Shown piece after piece: positions 1 through 10,191 of a DNA stretch of 64,000 nucleotides. The stretch lies in NCBI GenBank assembly GCA_963674785.1, contig OY771555.1:352001-416000 (forward strand), written 5' to 3'. The position numbers were made by a program, and so were the translations under genes. The DNA is from Caldisericia bacterium. GTDB lineage: Bacteria > Caldisericota > Caldisericia > JAAYUI01. The notes beneath the pieces were generated by a model. It saw only the letters and a list, made by a program, of their open reading frames with translations, was not told where the DNA came from and did not search any database. Each line of letters starts with the position of its first letter. Positions within the stretch are counted from its first letter, which is position 1.

Positions 1-529
1 CTCCATTTGGTTCCATAGAACCAGCATAAACGTCAACATAGGATCCATTCATTGGGATCAGCACTTTAAACACATGCATGTCACAGTTGTTTTCTTCTAT
101 CCAAACCCCATTGTGCATCCCAAACCTTTTTTCATAATGCATATAAAGCTTACAGCAATTTGATATCCAAGGATTTCCTATATATCTTCCATGTTCATTT
201 CTGATTCTGTTTTCTTTTAATTCGAACCAGGGATGAATTTCAATATCCGCATATCTGTCACCATATTCTATGTGCACGGTTTTTGAGTGAAATTCACACT
301 CACTTGACCAAATGTTTTCATCTACACTAATTTCATCAGTAGTTGTTAATTCTGCTCCATCAATATATCTGAGTTCAAAAAAATCATTTTCATAAAAGTT
401 TGAATATTCCCATTCATAAAAGGGAACCGTGTACACACCAAACTTGAAACCTGTGAGCAAAGAAAACACAAATACTGAGCCAATAAGAACTAGTGCTAGC
501 ATCAAAAACCAAATTAATGTTTTTTTCAT
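1..529 (-). CDS. Hypothetical exported/membrane-anchored protein, 5' part only (runs off the window edge)
   Basis: Translated by hand: MKKTLIWFLMLALVLIGSVFVFSLL..., open to position 1; GGGGAG SD upstream. Confidence 0.75.
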   Translation of the reverse strand, partial: MKKTLIWFLMLALVLIGSVFVFSLLTGFKFGVYTVPFYEWEYSNFYENDFFELRYIDGAELTTTDEISVDENIWSSECEFHSKTVHIEYGDRYADIEIHPWFELKENRIRNEHGRYIGNPWISNCCKLYMHYEKRFGMHNGVWIEENNCDMHVFKVLIPMNGSYVDVYAGSMEPNG

Positions 530-632
530 AAAATATGGCTCCCCGAAACCACAAAAATGCAACACAAAACTGTAGCTAAAACCACTACCCAACTTTTTCT
601 CATCAAGCACTCCTTTGAAAAAATATCTTCTA

Positions 633-3101
633 TTATGATGGTGAATAAACTATAGTTACAGTCCTATCATCCTGATTCCAACTGACATTTGCACCAAAGG
701 CTTCTGTGATGAATCTGACGGGCACAAGTGTTCTGCTATCAATTACAGTTGGAGGTGCATCAAGATTAATTTCTTTCCCGTTAACCCTGGCAGTGTTTTT
801 GTTCACCCACATCTCAACTGATGTTTGATTACCTGAAGGGTTGATCAGGTTTATTGTGATTTTCTTTTCTGTGCCATCCCACAAAACACCTGCACCAAGA
901 TTCTCACTTATGATTCTGATTGGAACCATTGTTCTCCCAGAAACAATCTGTGGAGGAACATCAAGTGTTACAGAATCGCCATCGACAAGCGCCATAGGTG
1001 AATCTATCTGAAGAACTATTGTTGTATTTAAAAGCTTGTTTGCAGTAACTCTTAATTCAATAGGTTTCCCTGCATCTGGTGTTACGGTTACAACTGCATC
1101 AAGCTTTTCACCCGGTCTTATTTTAGATGTATCGCAAGTAACTGCGATCTCCTGGTATTTATCAACTTTACCATAAACCGGATAGAAGCTAAGCCAGGAA
1201 GCATCAGATTTTATCGAACACCCGATAGGGTTTTTTGAAGTTGAGATTATCCCAAAAGTTGATTTTAATTCTGAGGTTTCCCACGATTTTATGTCTGCAA
1301 ATTCAAGATCATCCTCCGAAAGAGTTATGATTTCGGAGTCATCTCCCACAATCTCAACAAGCACCTCGAGCTCCAAAACTCCATTATCCCAGACATACTC
1401 AACAATACCCGAATAGAAACCAGGTTTTACATTCTCTAAATTGAGACCCACAACTGACTCAAGTTCTTCTGTCTCAGGGTTGATCGCAGGATGACCAATA
1501 TCTAACCAATCTGGAAAATTACCAACTTCGATCTTACCTTCACAGAACCAGTCAACATTAAACATTATTGCAATTGAGTCATTATCATTTGGGCTTTTAA
1601 GTCCAAAGTCAATTTTGTCTGTTACAAGCTCAGGTTCTGGACAAATTGTGATTGACGATACACCAAAGATGTCACCGTGAATAGCTCTTACCAGACCTCT
1701 CGTATTTCTTCCATCACCTGCTGTAAAAAGACCTGTTTTATCAATTGTCCCTAGTCCTGGTGGATCAACTTCCCACCTAATGTCAAGATTTGGAATTTCT
1801 TTTTCCCTGATGTCATAATTTATGACATCAAACTGAAACTTACCACCTTGCATGACCATCAATTCAGTTGGTTTTACAATAATTCCCACAAGAGCAATTT
1901 TCCTCTTGTAACAATGCAAGTACCCTTCAGTCGTTGATATAAAAAGTCGATCTTTGTCCAGAACAACAGATTGAGCAACATGCGGAAAATCTTTGTCAGA
2001 TAAAATATCACCATCATCAATATCAAGTGAAATCAGCTTTGATTTCATACTGTTGTTTGTAGATTGAGCAAGATTTGAATCAGTATAACAAGCAAAAACA
2101 ATTTCATCGGTTACCGCAACTACACAATCAGACATTTCAGTATCTGTTGTCGCCCACAACAAAGAGCCAGAGTCAACATCGAGACATGCCAGACCATCAG
2201 TCGAGTTCGCAATTAATAGTTTTTTCCCGGATAGTGCTTTGCATTTTGAAATACCAGACTGGGACACATATTCCCAAACCATTTCTCCACTATCTACATC
2301 AATAGCTAAAATCCTTGAATTTTCATCCGACATCTTTGATCCGACAAACATCATCCCATTATCTGCTATTATATGACCATCAAAGGCTTCACCTTCTTCA
2401 GGTTCAAGAGTCCAGAGAACATCACCGTCTGCATCATCAAGTGCATAGATGTTTCCTGGTGGATATTGATTGTTTTTTTGATAAAAAGCATTTCTTATAA
2501 AAAGTACGCCATTATCTAAACAGTCGAAAGTGTACTCACCTGGTAACCTCTTTGACCAGCCAGATTCACCTTCCTTGAAATATATTGAATATCTCCCCTC
2601 TTCTTCCTCCCGTTGAATTGAGTAGTATATATCCCCATCATTACTGAGCATGAAAGTTGGTTCTGCAAGCATCTGAGTTTTTTTGTTCCTCTTGCCCGTT
2701 TTTCCATCAAGTGAGATAATATTCCATCTTCCTGAATTTTTTTCTGTGAGCAAAACATTACCATCTGAAATCATCGGAGTGTGAGTTGTTGTAAACTCAC
2801 TTTCATATTTCCATATGATGCTTCCGGTTGAAATATCAAATGCATAGAAGTTTTTACTGTTTCCAACAAAAACCTTGTTATTCCAAACAACGGGATAAAC
2901 ACAAAAGTTATTTCCAACAGGGATATTCCAATCAACAGATAATGTCGGTTTTGGATAATCATCAGTTTTTATATAACAAGATCTGTTGTTTTCTCCACGC
3001 CATGTATCCCAAAACGATACATTCGAGACTCCAAAAGCAAATCCAAAAGAAGAAAGGATGAAAAATCCTACAAAAACAAACGCAAACGCTTTCTTTAACA
3101 C
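633..3101 (-). CDS. Secreted PQQ-like beta-propeller protein with Ig-like domains and a C-terminal copper amine oxidase N-terminal (stalk) domain
   Basis: Signal peptide; repeated 'ALDxxTGxxxW' blades; C-terminal 'LDVPPQIVSGRTMVPIRIISENLGAGVLWD' and 'RTLVPVRFITEAFGANVSW'. Confidence 0.85.
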   Translation of the reverse strand: MLKKAFAFVFVGFFILSSFGFAFGVSNVSFWDTWRGENNRSCYIKTDDYPKPTLSVDWNIPVGNNFCVYPVVWNNKVFVGNSKNFYAFDISTGSIIWKYESEFTTTHTPMISDGNVLLTEKNSGRWNIISLDGKTGKRNKKTQMLAEPTFMLSNDGDIYYSIQREEEEGRYSIYFKEGESGWSKRLPGEYTFDCLDNGVLFIRNAFYQKNNQYPPGNIYALDDADGDVLWTLEPEEGEAFDGHIIADNGMMFVGSKMSDENSRILAIDVDSGEMVWEYVSQSGISKCKALSGKKLLIANSTDGLACLDVDSGSLLWATTDTEMSDCVVAVTDEIVFACYTDSNLAQSTNNSMKSKLISLDIDDGDILSDKDFPHVAQSVVLDKDRLFISTTEGYLHCYKRKIALVGIIVKPTELMVMQGGKFQFDVINYDIREKEIPNLDIRWEVDPPGLGTIDKTGLFTAGDGRNTRGLVRAIHGDIFGVSSITICPEPELVTDKIDFGLKSPNDNDSIAIMFNVDWFCEGKIEVGNFPDWLDIGHPAINPETEELESVVGLNLENVKPGFYSGIVEYVWDNGVLELEVLVEIVGDDSEIITLSEDDLEFADIKSWETSELKSTFGIISTSKNPIGCSIKSDASWLSFYPVYGKVDKYQEIAVTCDTSKIRPGEKLDAVVTVTPDAGKPIELRVTANKLLNTTIVLQIDSPMALVDGDSVTLDVPPQIVSGRTMVPIRIISENLGAGVLWDGTEKKITINLINPSGNQTSVEMWVNKNTARVNGKEINLDAPPTVIDSRTLVPVRFITEAFGANVSWNQDDRTVTIVYSPS

Positions 3102-3132
3102 AGACTTTCCATCCTTTCAAATCACATTTCTG

Positions 3133-6100
3133 TTAGTTTACCGTGACGAGTACCGAAATCCTTTGTTCCATGTCCATTTCATCTTCTGGAGAATACCATC
3201 TTACCCATATACCACCGTATTTCGAACCACTACTATTGAGTTCACTAGATTTAGTCATAATTGTCAAGGGTATCTCTTCTCCTGGCTCAATATTAACCAA
3301 GGTGTTATCAATATCAAACCATTCATAAGCATCCTCAAAATGAAGCTCAATTTCTGATTCTGAATTGTTTTTTATCATCACTTTTTGGGTTTTTAGAGAA
3401 CCTTTTGGTACCCTTCCAAAATCAACAGTCGTTTTGTCAAACTCAATCTCTGCAGCTTTTTCTCCAAAACAATGAAGGACCCCGTCTCTATCACCCACAT
3501 AAACCTTTTTACCCCAGATAGCAGGTGAGGATTGGAAATGACTGCACCCAGAACCAATCGTCGTATACCATAGAACTTCAAGAGTATCGGAATCCAACTT
3601 GAAAAATCTTCCATTCTTTGTAGAAATATAGCAATTTCTTGCTGAAAGCGCAGGCGATGACCTGATCTGAGAACCTAGTTTCACCATCTTTATTTTATCA
3701 CCCGTTGCCCTGTTTAAAGCATAGAAATCACCTTTGAGGTTGCCAAAGAAGATTTTACCATCATGCAATGCTGGGGAACAAACGATAGGTGAATCCGTCT
3801 CATATTTCCATATCAGTTTCCCTGATACACCATCTAGGCAATAAAGAGTTCCATCATTTGATCCAATATAAATATTTAAATCGAATGCTGTTTTTATTCC
3901 TGTTGATCTATAGACAAAGCAACATGGTGTGGAATATATTGAACCTCCAGTTTTATATTTCCAAACCTCTTCGCCTGACAAAGTATCAATAGCATAGATG
4001 TAGTCATCAACAGAACCAACGAAAATCAAGTCACCATATGGCGGAGTGCACACCGATGAGTACACACTGCCCTCAGTTTCAAACTCCCAGACAAGCTCTC
4101 CAGTTTCTGCTAAAACACAATAAATATTATTATCAAGGGAGCCAAAATACACTCTTCTTTGGACTGGTTCACCGACTTCAAATCGTTTTTCATGTACACT
4201 AGGTGATGAAAATACTGGGCCACCAGTTTTGAATTTCCAATTCCTTTCTCCAGTTTCCACGTCATAACTGTACATATGACTATCAGAGGAGCCAAAATAA
4301 ATTGATTGTCCACCAATACCGGCACACGAACCAGCCGAAGAGAACCCTTCTCTATCAAACTCTTCAGACCAAACATATTCTCCAGTTTTGGGATCTATGC
4401 AGTAAAACGTATTGCCGAATCCTAGGAATAATTTTTCTTTGTTTATTACAGGTGAAGCATCGGTCTCAAGAAAGGTATCATATCGCCATTTTGTTTCGAG
4501 CTTCTTTGTCTCAGGACCAAATGAGGGGATCACACTACTATTTCTTGACTGATCGAAACCAAATGCAAACCAATCTGCAAATTGAATAGAATCCCGCTCA
4601 ACAGTATATGCCCTAACTATTATTGGCACCACAGACTCATTCCAGGACACATAAAGATAACCTGAAGGCATGCCACCAGGAATTTTGGCAGAGTCGAGTG
4701 CTACTACTGCCGTTTCTTTATGTTTTGGTTCAATTGTAAGCTCAGTTGTTACTGGCACTATCCACTCTACGTTTATATCAGTTGTAAACTGAACAAAAAG
4801 AGTAGCATCCGTGGTATTCTCAAGGGTCAACTCCCGAATTATCGTCCCATCTGAATCAGTAGATATTCCTCCAAAGTCTATCAAATCTGGGGAAATAATT
4901 ATATCTGGAGGTGGATCGGAAAAACATATCAGTTTTCTTCCAGAAGAAACAAAAACATTTCCACCTGAAACCACAATAGGTGATCTTACTTTGCTTTCTG
5001 TTTCATAACTCCAAAGAGGGATTCCAGTTACTGTATCAAGACAGAAGACCTCTTTATCCCATGTTCCAAAATAGAGTCTTCCACCTGAAATTGTCGGGTG
5101 TACTTCAATATCCTTTTTTGTTTCATAACCCCATTTAAGTTCACCGGTCTCCATAATATAACACCTGATATATGTGTCCTTTGTTATTAGATATATGTAC
5201 TCGTCATTACACGCTGGTGTGATTCGTGCCTCACTAAGTGTATTTGTAAACCAAATCTGTTCACCAGTCCCAGCATCAAGCAAGAAAAGTCTCTTGTTCC
5301 TAGCAGCAACAACAACTTTCCCGTCAATATAGACCGGATCAGCGACTAAAGGATCTTTTATTTCAAAGTCCCAAACCTCATCTCCTGTTTCAAGTTCGAC
5401 ACAATAAAGCTTTTTGTCATTTGACCCAAAGAAAATACTTCCTGGGCTAATTGCAATCCCTGTAGATATTTTTTCACTGGCTCGGAATGACCACAACAAT
5501 ACCCCAGTTTGAAGACTCAAACAGTAGACATTTCCATCAGTCGTCCCAAAAAAAGCCTTACCATTTGCAACGGAAAGAGAAGTGCAAATATCTAGACCAT
5601 CATCAAAAGACCACAATTCCTGTCCATCCTTTTGAGAAATTGCAGTTACGCCACTATTTGTCGGGATATAAAGTCCTCCACCAAACAATGCACCTGAATC
5701 ATTTATGTAGTTATCTATTTCAACTTCCCAGACGAGTTCGCCATTATCGACATCATAACAATAAATATCCCTCGTATAAGAAGGCATAACAAATGCAAAC
5801 CCATGTGCAACAAGAACACAATTATTTAGTGAATCACCAAACTCTTCTTCCCAGACTTTTGAAAGAACATCCCCTTCTGGCCCACAAAACTCTGTTGCGT
5901 TCGAATCCCCCGCAGCATTGCAGTTTTCTGAGACCCACGAACATCCTGATTTATCAATAACTATCTCACCTGATTCTGCAAACTCAAGACTTGAGTCTGT
6001 GTACACCTTTACAAATACCTTGTACTCAACATCAGCAATAGAAAACACTATCTCATCAGAGTACCACTTTTGGTCCTCACTAAGAATCCCATCATCGATT

Positions 6101-7449
6101 GCAACTGAAATCTCTAACGGTTTATCACCTGACACAGCATTGCCTTCTGAAATAAGAGAAAACCAATCAGAATCGGTCTTAAAATCTATTATTGTCTCTG
6201 GATTATTCTCTACATCAGAGGATGGTGGCATGGATACGCTTATTGTTCCTGTCAAAGGAGACCTTGGGGGAACCGCACCAAAATTCAATACTGATGGGCT
6301 AATACTTACATCAAAAGGAAGTGTATCATCAACAAAACAGTGCATATATCCAGCTTTTGTTCCAATATAGATTCTGTTATAAGCAATGGATGGAGCAAAA
6401 GCTTCGGATTCTAAGTCTTCTTCCCAGATTTTGTAACCAGTATCAATATCAAGACAAAGGAGTTGTGATCCCATAGAGGCATACACCTTCTCACCGGAAA
6501 TTGTCATAGATGAGAATCCCTGACCTTGATGATCATATTTCCAAACTGTTTCACCATTCTCCTGTGACAAACAATAAATGAAGTTGCCTGAACTGAAAAC
6601 TACATATTTTCCTGAAAGCGCGGGAGTGCTTCTTACCCCCTGAACAGTATCTACATCCCAGACTATATCACCATTTTCCAGGTCTAGACAATATATCTTG
6701 TTTTTGTCACATCCAACATAAACATAATTATCCATAATAGAGGCGGATGAATATATCGACCCATCAAGCTTCCTTTGCCATATTTTTTCACCACTGAACT
6801 CATCAATACACAGCAACTCAAAGTCCCTTGCTCCAACTACAACCGAACCATTAGAAAGTGCAGGAGAAGATGTTAAAGCATCATCATATTCGAATCGCCA
6901 AACCTCTTGGTCTCCTTTGTCAGTCACACACATCAAATAACCGTCAAGTGTTCCAAAGATAACGCATCCACCACTGATAAGAGGCGAACTTGCCATCCCT
7001 CCACGTTTTTTTGTGTCAAATGTCCAAACATTATCTCCATCAGAATCAACACAATGAAATCTTCCATCTAGTGATCCAAAATAAACATTGTCTTTATAAA
7101 CCGAGGGCGATGACCTGATCGGTTCTTTTACTCTATAAATCCACTGTTCCTTACCAGAATCAGCATCAAGACAGTACATATTTCTATCAAGTGAACCAAA
7201 ATACACTTTATCATTCACAATACTCGGTGAGGAATAAATTGTGTCGTCAGCCTTGAAAGACCAAAGCTTTGTTACCATATTTGATTTTGGGGCATATTTT
7301 GATCCAATTTCCCCTGTGTGTTCCGGATTTCTCATGAACATCGGCCATTCAGATTTTTCTCTCTCGTTTGCAAGAGTCGCCGACCTGAAACCGATACCCA
7401 CCGAGAGTACCAGCATAAAAGCCAGCACTACTGAAATATACTTTCTCAT
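3133..7449 (-). CDS. Large secreted protein with three PQQ/BamB-like beta-propellers, each followed by an Ig-like domain
   Basis: Start moved to ATG 7449 (GGAGG SD, MRKYISVVLAF signal peptide); many 'SSP...VYFGSxDxxxYCLDxxTG' repeats; 'LNFG/IDFG/VDFG' Ig-like starts. Confidence 0.85.
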   Translation of the reverse strand: MRKYISVVLAFMLVLSVGIGFRSATLANEREKSEWPMFMRNPEHTGEIGSKYAPKSNMVTKLWSFKADDTIYSSPSIVNDKVYFGSLDRNMYCLDADSGKEQWIYRVKEPIRSSPSVYKDNVYFGSLDGRFHCVDSDGDNVWTFDTKKRGGMASSPLISGGCVIFGTLDGYLMCVTDKGDQEVWRFEYDDALTSSPALSNGSVVVGARDFELLCIDEFSGEKIWQRKLDGSIYSSASIMDNYVYVGCDKNKIYCLDLENGDIVWDVDTVQGVRSTPALSGKYVVFSSGNFIYCLSQENGETVWKYDHQGQGFSSMTISGEKVYASMGSQLLCLDIDTGYKIWEEDLESEAFAPSIAYNRIYIGTKAGYMHCFVDDTLPFDVSISPSVLNFGAVPPRSPLTGTISVSMPPSSDVENNPETIIDFKTDSDWFSLISEGNAVSGDKPLEISVAIDDGILSEDQKWYSDEIVFSIADVEYKVFVKVYTDSSLEFAESGEIVIDKSGCSWVSENCNAAGDSNATEFCGPEGDVLSKVWEEEFGDSLNNCVLVAHGFAFVMPSYTRDIYCYDVDNGELVWEVEIDNYINDSGALFGGGLYIPTNSGVTAISQKDGQELWSFDDGLDICTSLSVANGKAFFGTTDGNVYCLSLQTGVLLWSFRASEKISTGIAISPGSIFFGSNDKKLYCVELETGDEVWDFEIKDPLVADPVYIDGKVVVAARNKRLFLLDAGTGEQIWFTNTLSEARITPACNDEYIYLITKDTYIRCYIMETGELKWGYETKKDIEVHPTISGGRLYFGTWDKEVFCLDTVTGIPLWSYETESKVRSPIVVSGGNVFVSSGRKLICFSDPPPDIIISPDLIDFGGISTDSDGTIIRELTLENTTDATLFVQFTTDINVEWIVPVTTELTIEPKHKETAVVALDSAKIPGGMPSGYLYVSWNESVVPIIVRAYTVERDSIQFADWFAFGFDQSRNSSVIPSFGPETKKLETKWRYDTFLETDASPVINKEKLFLGFGNTFYCIDPKTGEYVWSEEFDREGFSSAGSCAGIGGQSIYFGSSDSHMYSYDVETGERNWKFKTGGPVFSSPSVHEKRFEVGEPVQRRVYFGSLDNNIYCVLAETGELVWEFETEGSVYSSVCTPPYGDLIFVGSVDDYIYAIDTLSGEEVWKYKTGGSIYSTPCCFVYRSTGIKTAFDLNIYIGSNDGTLYCLDGVSGKLIWKYETDSPIVCSPALHDGKIFFGNLKGDFYALNRATGDKIKMVKLGSQIRSSPALSARNCYISTKNGRFFKLDSDTLEVLWYTTIGSGCSHFQSSPAIWGKKVYVGDRDGVLHCFGEKAAEIEFDKTTVDFGRVPKGSLKTQKVMIKNNSESEIELHFEDAYEWFDIDNTLVNIEPGEEIPLTIMTKSSELNSSGSKYGGIWVRWYSPEDEMDMEQRISVLVTVN

Positions 7450-7584
7450 ACTACCTCCACAAAAAGTACTACATAACAAATACTCTATAGGAAAAAAAAG
7501 TTCACCCAAGTTCAGGGGGTTAAAAACAAACACATTTAAGTAAAAACTTGGCTCTTTCCCGAACAGACTTTCGTAAGTAAATAC

Positions 7585-7619
7585 AAAAAAATACCCCCGG
7601 TTTCAATAACCGGGGGTAT
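7585..7619 (-). terminator. Rho-independent terminator downstream of the nitroreductase
   Basis: ATACCCCCGGTT-5-AACCGGGGGTAT hairpin followed by a U-tract on the minus strand. Confidence 0.8.
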
Positions 7620-7647
7620 AGTGATTCTTTTTATTACTTATTTAGTC

Positions 7648-8412
7648 TTAATGACCTGTGACTCTCAATTTGAAGCCTGATCTCTCAAGATTACCTGCAA
7701 GACCAATATTTTCCTTTGTAAGAGCTTTGTCATTATATACATTCTTTGTGACCATCTGGGCATGATTATTGATTCCACGCCTGGAAAGTCTTTCAAGTCT
7801 CTCTGGCGGCATGCTATCCCAAGTATTGTCAATGTGTTTATAGTATTTCTCAAGATCAGTTCTTGATGGGTCTTTGTAGGTATTTCTATGAACAACAGCC
7901 TCAAGTGGAAGCCTTGGCATGAGGTCTGGTTTCTCATCTGGGTAACCGATGCAAACAAGCCCTGCTGGGAAAACATACTGCGGAAGATCAAGAATACTTG
8001 CAACATCCATTTTCAAAACTCTTCCAATATAATATGCACCAAGCCCAATGCTTTCAGCAGCAATCACAAGATTATGAAGTGCAAGAATTGCGTCCCAGTA
8101 TGAGATGAAAAGATTCATTCCCTTATCAAAATGGAATGGTGCCGATTGGGACTCAAACCGCTTCTTGTTTCTGTTTTGGTCAGCAAGAGCTATCACAACA
8201 AGCGGAACATGTGAAAGGCCCAAGGCTTTTTTCTTGTCGATATCATCAACAACAATGAGCGAATAGCTCTGCATGTTTCCAGCAGACGGTGCACGCACTG
8301 CTGACTTTATGATGGTCTCAATGTCTTCTTCTGCCACCATCTCGCGTTTGAACCTTCTAATCGAACGATGGTTCATCAAACAATCAACTACTTTATTTCT
8401 ATTTTTTCTCAT
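7648..8412 (-). CDS. Nitroreductase family flavoprotein (NfrA/NfsA-like)
   Basis: HRSIRRF, APSAGNMQ, AAESIGLG and 'PRLPLEAVVH' motifs; start uncertain (ATG 8412 preferred). Confidence 0.85.
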   Translation of the reverse strand: MRKNRNKVVDCLMNHRSIRRFKREMVAEEDIETIIKSAVRAPSAGNMQSYSLIVVDDIDKKKALGLSHVPLVVIALADQNRNKKRFESQSAPFHFDKGMNLFISYWDAILALHNLVIAAESIGLGAYYIGRVLKMDVASILDLPQYVFPAGLVCIGYPDEKPDLMPRLPLEAVVHRNTYKDPSRTDLEKYYKHIDNTWDSMPPERLERLSRRGINNHAQMVTKNVYNDKALTKENIGLAGNLERSGFKLRVTGH

Positions 8413-8532
8413 AATATCTAAACCCGAAAGCTGGAAGATTTTGTTTTTCTTCCAACTTTGGGAGTTAGACACTTTTGGGATTTAAAGGTTACATTGGACT
8501 GTTAAAAGTTATTTTGTATCAACACCTTTATT

Positions 8533-9912
8533 TTATGGCTCCTCATTCTCAACTGCGTACAGATTTATCAGTCCATCAATAATATCTAGAACCATATACT
8601 CGTTTCCAGTATCAAGCACTGAAGGTTCTGTCAGATTAATAGAGTACCCTTCTCTGTATCCCTCAGATACACTTGAATTTTTAGATTCTTTATCTGGAAT
8701 CGATATAATATATTCATCTTTCCCTTTATTTTTGATAAGTGTATACGGTGTCCATAATGCGCATGAGACTATTCTTCTGTTTGGATTTCTTAAAAAAACT
8801 AACTCACCTTGATCACAGACCCAGTTACTATCACCCATCATGAAAATAGTTGGTCGAATTGAGGCGTCCGATCTCCAATTCATTCTTCCTTCATATGTGC
8901 TACCTGTTCGAATGGTTATGCTTGGTGTGCTTGTTGCGTCATCCTCTTCATCAAAACCAACAATGATTTTGGGAACAAAAAACCGATGTGTATAATATGA
9001 GTTTTCATCTAAAATTGAATATCCCGAAAATGAAAACTTCGGTACAGCATGAACTGGACTTTCAAAAACTATCTGTATAGAATCCCCAACTTCTTTCGAT
9101 TTTTTGTCAAGGGATTTATCATCAATAACATCTTTTCTGTATGGAATTATTTTGAATTTTGCTTTTGAGTTTATCGGATCTTCACCCCAAACAGAGGCTT
9201 CTGATGTGTTGATAACTTGAAATTCATCTGCGGCTTCCTTAACGTATTCCTTAATTTTTTTTGCAAAAGGCAGATACAGTTTTCGAGTTCTTTCATTAAA
9301 TAGATAACTGGGGCATGGGATCGCATATTGCTTGTCTATCAATCCTTTTCCAAGGTCTTCTCCAATGTTGTTTTCAATAAAAGCGACAGGTCTGTTATTT
9401 TTGTCAGTATCAACAAGGTACATTGAAAAGATAGTATCAATCCTTTTATTTGCACTCTCTTTGCTACCATTTTCCTCCGATTCACAGTTTATCTCTTTTA
9501 GAAAAAATTTGGATGTGAACTCCTTTGCATTTGCATAACAAACCTGGTCAAATTGTTCTGGGCAGTTTACACCTGCGAGTCTTATTTTGCACTCAGTTTT
9601 TTCATGAAAATCCGGAAGGTCAAGCATCACGGTAAATGTATCACCATCAATTATTTCAATAACATCATCGGACACAAAAGAGAAGTCCGGTTCTAAGACA
9701 TCGTTGTTATCACTGTCATCGAAAACATAGTGTGCCCAGTTTATACCATCATTGAAATCTGGAATAATCCCTGACATAACAACAGGTGCTCTGACCTGTG
9801 AGCTATTATTGACAATGATGACTTTCTCTCCTCTGCCCATTAAAAGAAACACAAAGACCGCAGAAAGAAGCCCAGAAATGACCATTTGTAATATGTTGTT
9901 TTCTTTTTTCAT
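8533..9912 (-). CDS. Membrane-anchored thermonuclease (SNase-like) with a probable lamin-tail-like domain
   Basis: N-terminal TM; IIDGDT, IRLAGVNCPE and DKNNR motifs; C-terminal 'FSGYSILDE..HRFFVP..ITIRTG..GELVFLRNPNRRIV'; GGAGG SD before ATG 9912. Confidence 0.7.
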   Translation of the reverse strand: MKKENNILQMVISGLLSAVFVFLLMGRGEKVIIVNNSSQVRAPVVMSGIIPDFNDGINWAHYVFDDSDNNDVLEPDFSFVSDDVIEIIDGDTFTVMLDLPDFHEKTECKIRLAGVNCPEQFDQVCYANAKEFTSKFFLKEINCESEENGSKESANKRIDTIFSMYLVDTDKNNRPVAFIENNIGEDLGKGLIDKQYAIPCPSYLFNERTRKLYLPFAKKIKEYVKEAADEFQVINTSEASVWGEDPINSKAKFKIIPYRKDVIDDKSLDKKSKEVGDSIQIVFESPVHAVPKFSFSGYSILDENSYYTHRFFVPKIIVGFDEEDDATSTPSITIRTGSTYEGRMNWRSDASIRPTIFMMGDSNWVCDQGELVFLRNPNRRIVSCALWTPYTLIKNKGKDEYIISIPDKESKNSSVSEGYREGYSINLTEPSVLDTGNEYMVLDIIDGLINLYAVENEEP

Positions 9913-10123
9913 CAAAAACACCTCCAAATTCTTTTTTGATGATAACCCTCAAATCCTTTCCTGTCGAAAGCGACATTTTGACCTCCCCGGCATTCTCCTG
10001 TTTTCATATATGTCTACTGAAGCTCAATTCATAATCTCTAAAAGTCAACACAAAGAAACGCTTTAAAGACATTACTTTTTGGGACATCAAAACCTTAAAA
10101 TTAAAATATCATTATAAAAAACC

Positions 10124-10151
10124 TTGACGTTGAATTTCCGAGACATAGACT
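10124..10151 (+). promoter_or_regulatory. Putative sigma70 promoter of the buk operon
   Basis: TTGACG-16-TAGACT about 40 nt upstream of buk. Confidence 0.45.
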
Positions 10152-10191
10152 CTAATGTCATGAACTATCTCACTTATGGAAGTTCAATCAG

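Noticed and set aside
633-3101. Copper amine oxidase or quinoprotein dehydrogenase annotation
   Set aside because: Only the non-catalytic stalk domain and generic propeller blades are recognisable
5895-5915. tRNA T-loop-like GTTCGAATCCC
   Set aside because: Inside a long CDS with no cloverleaf context
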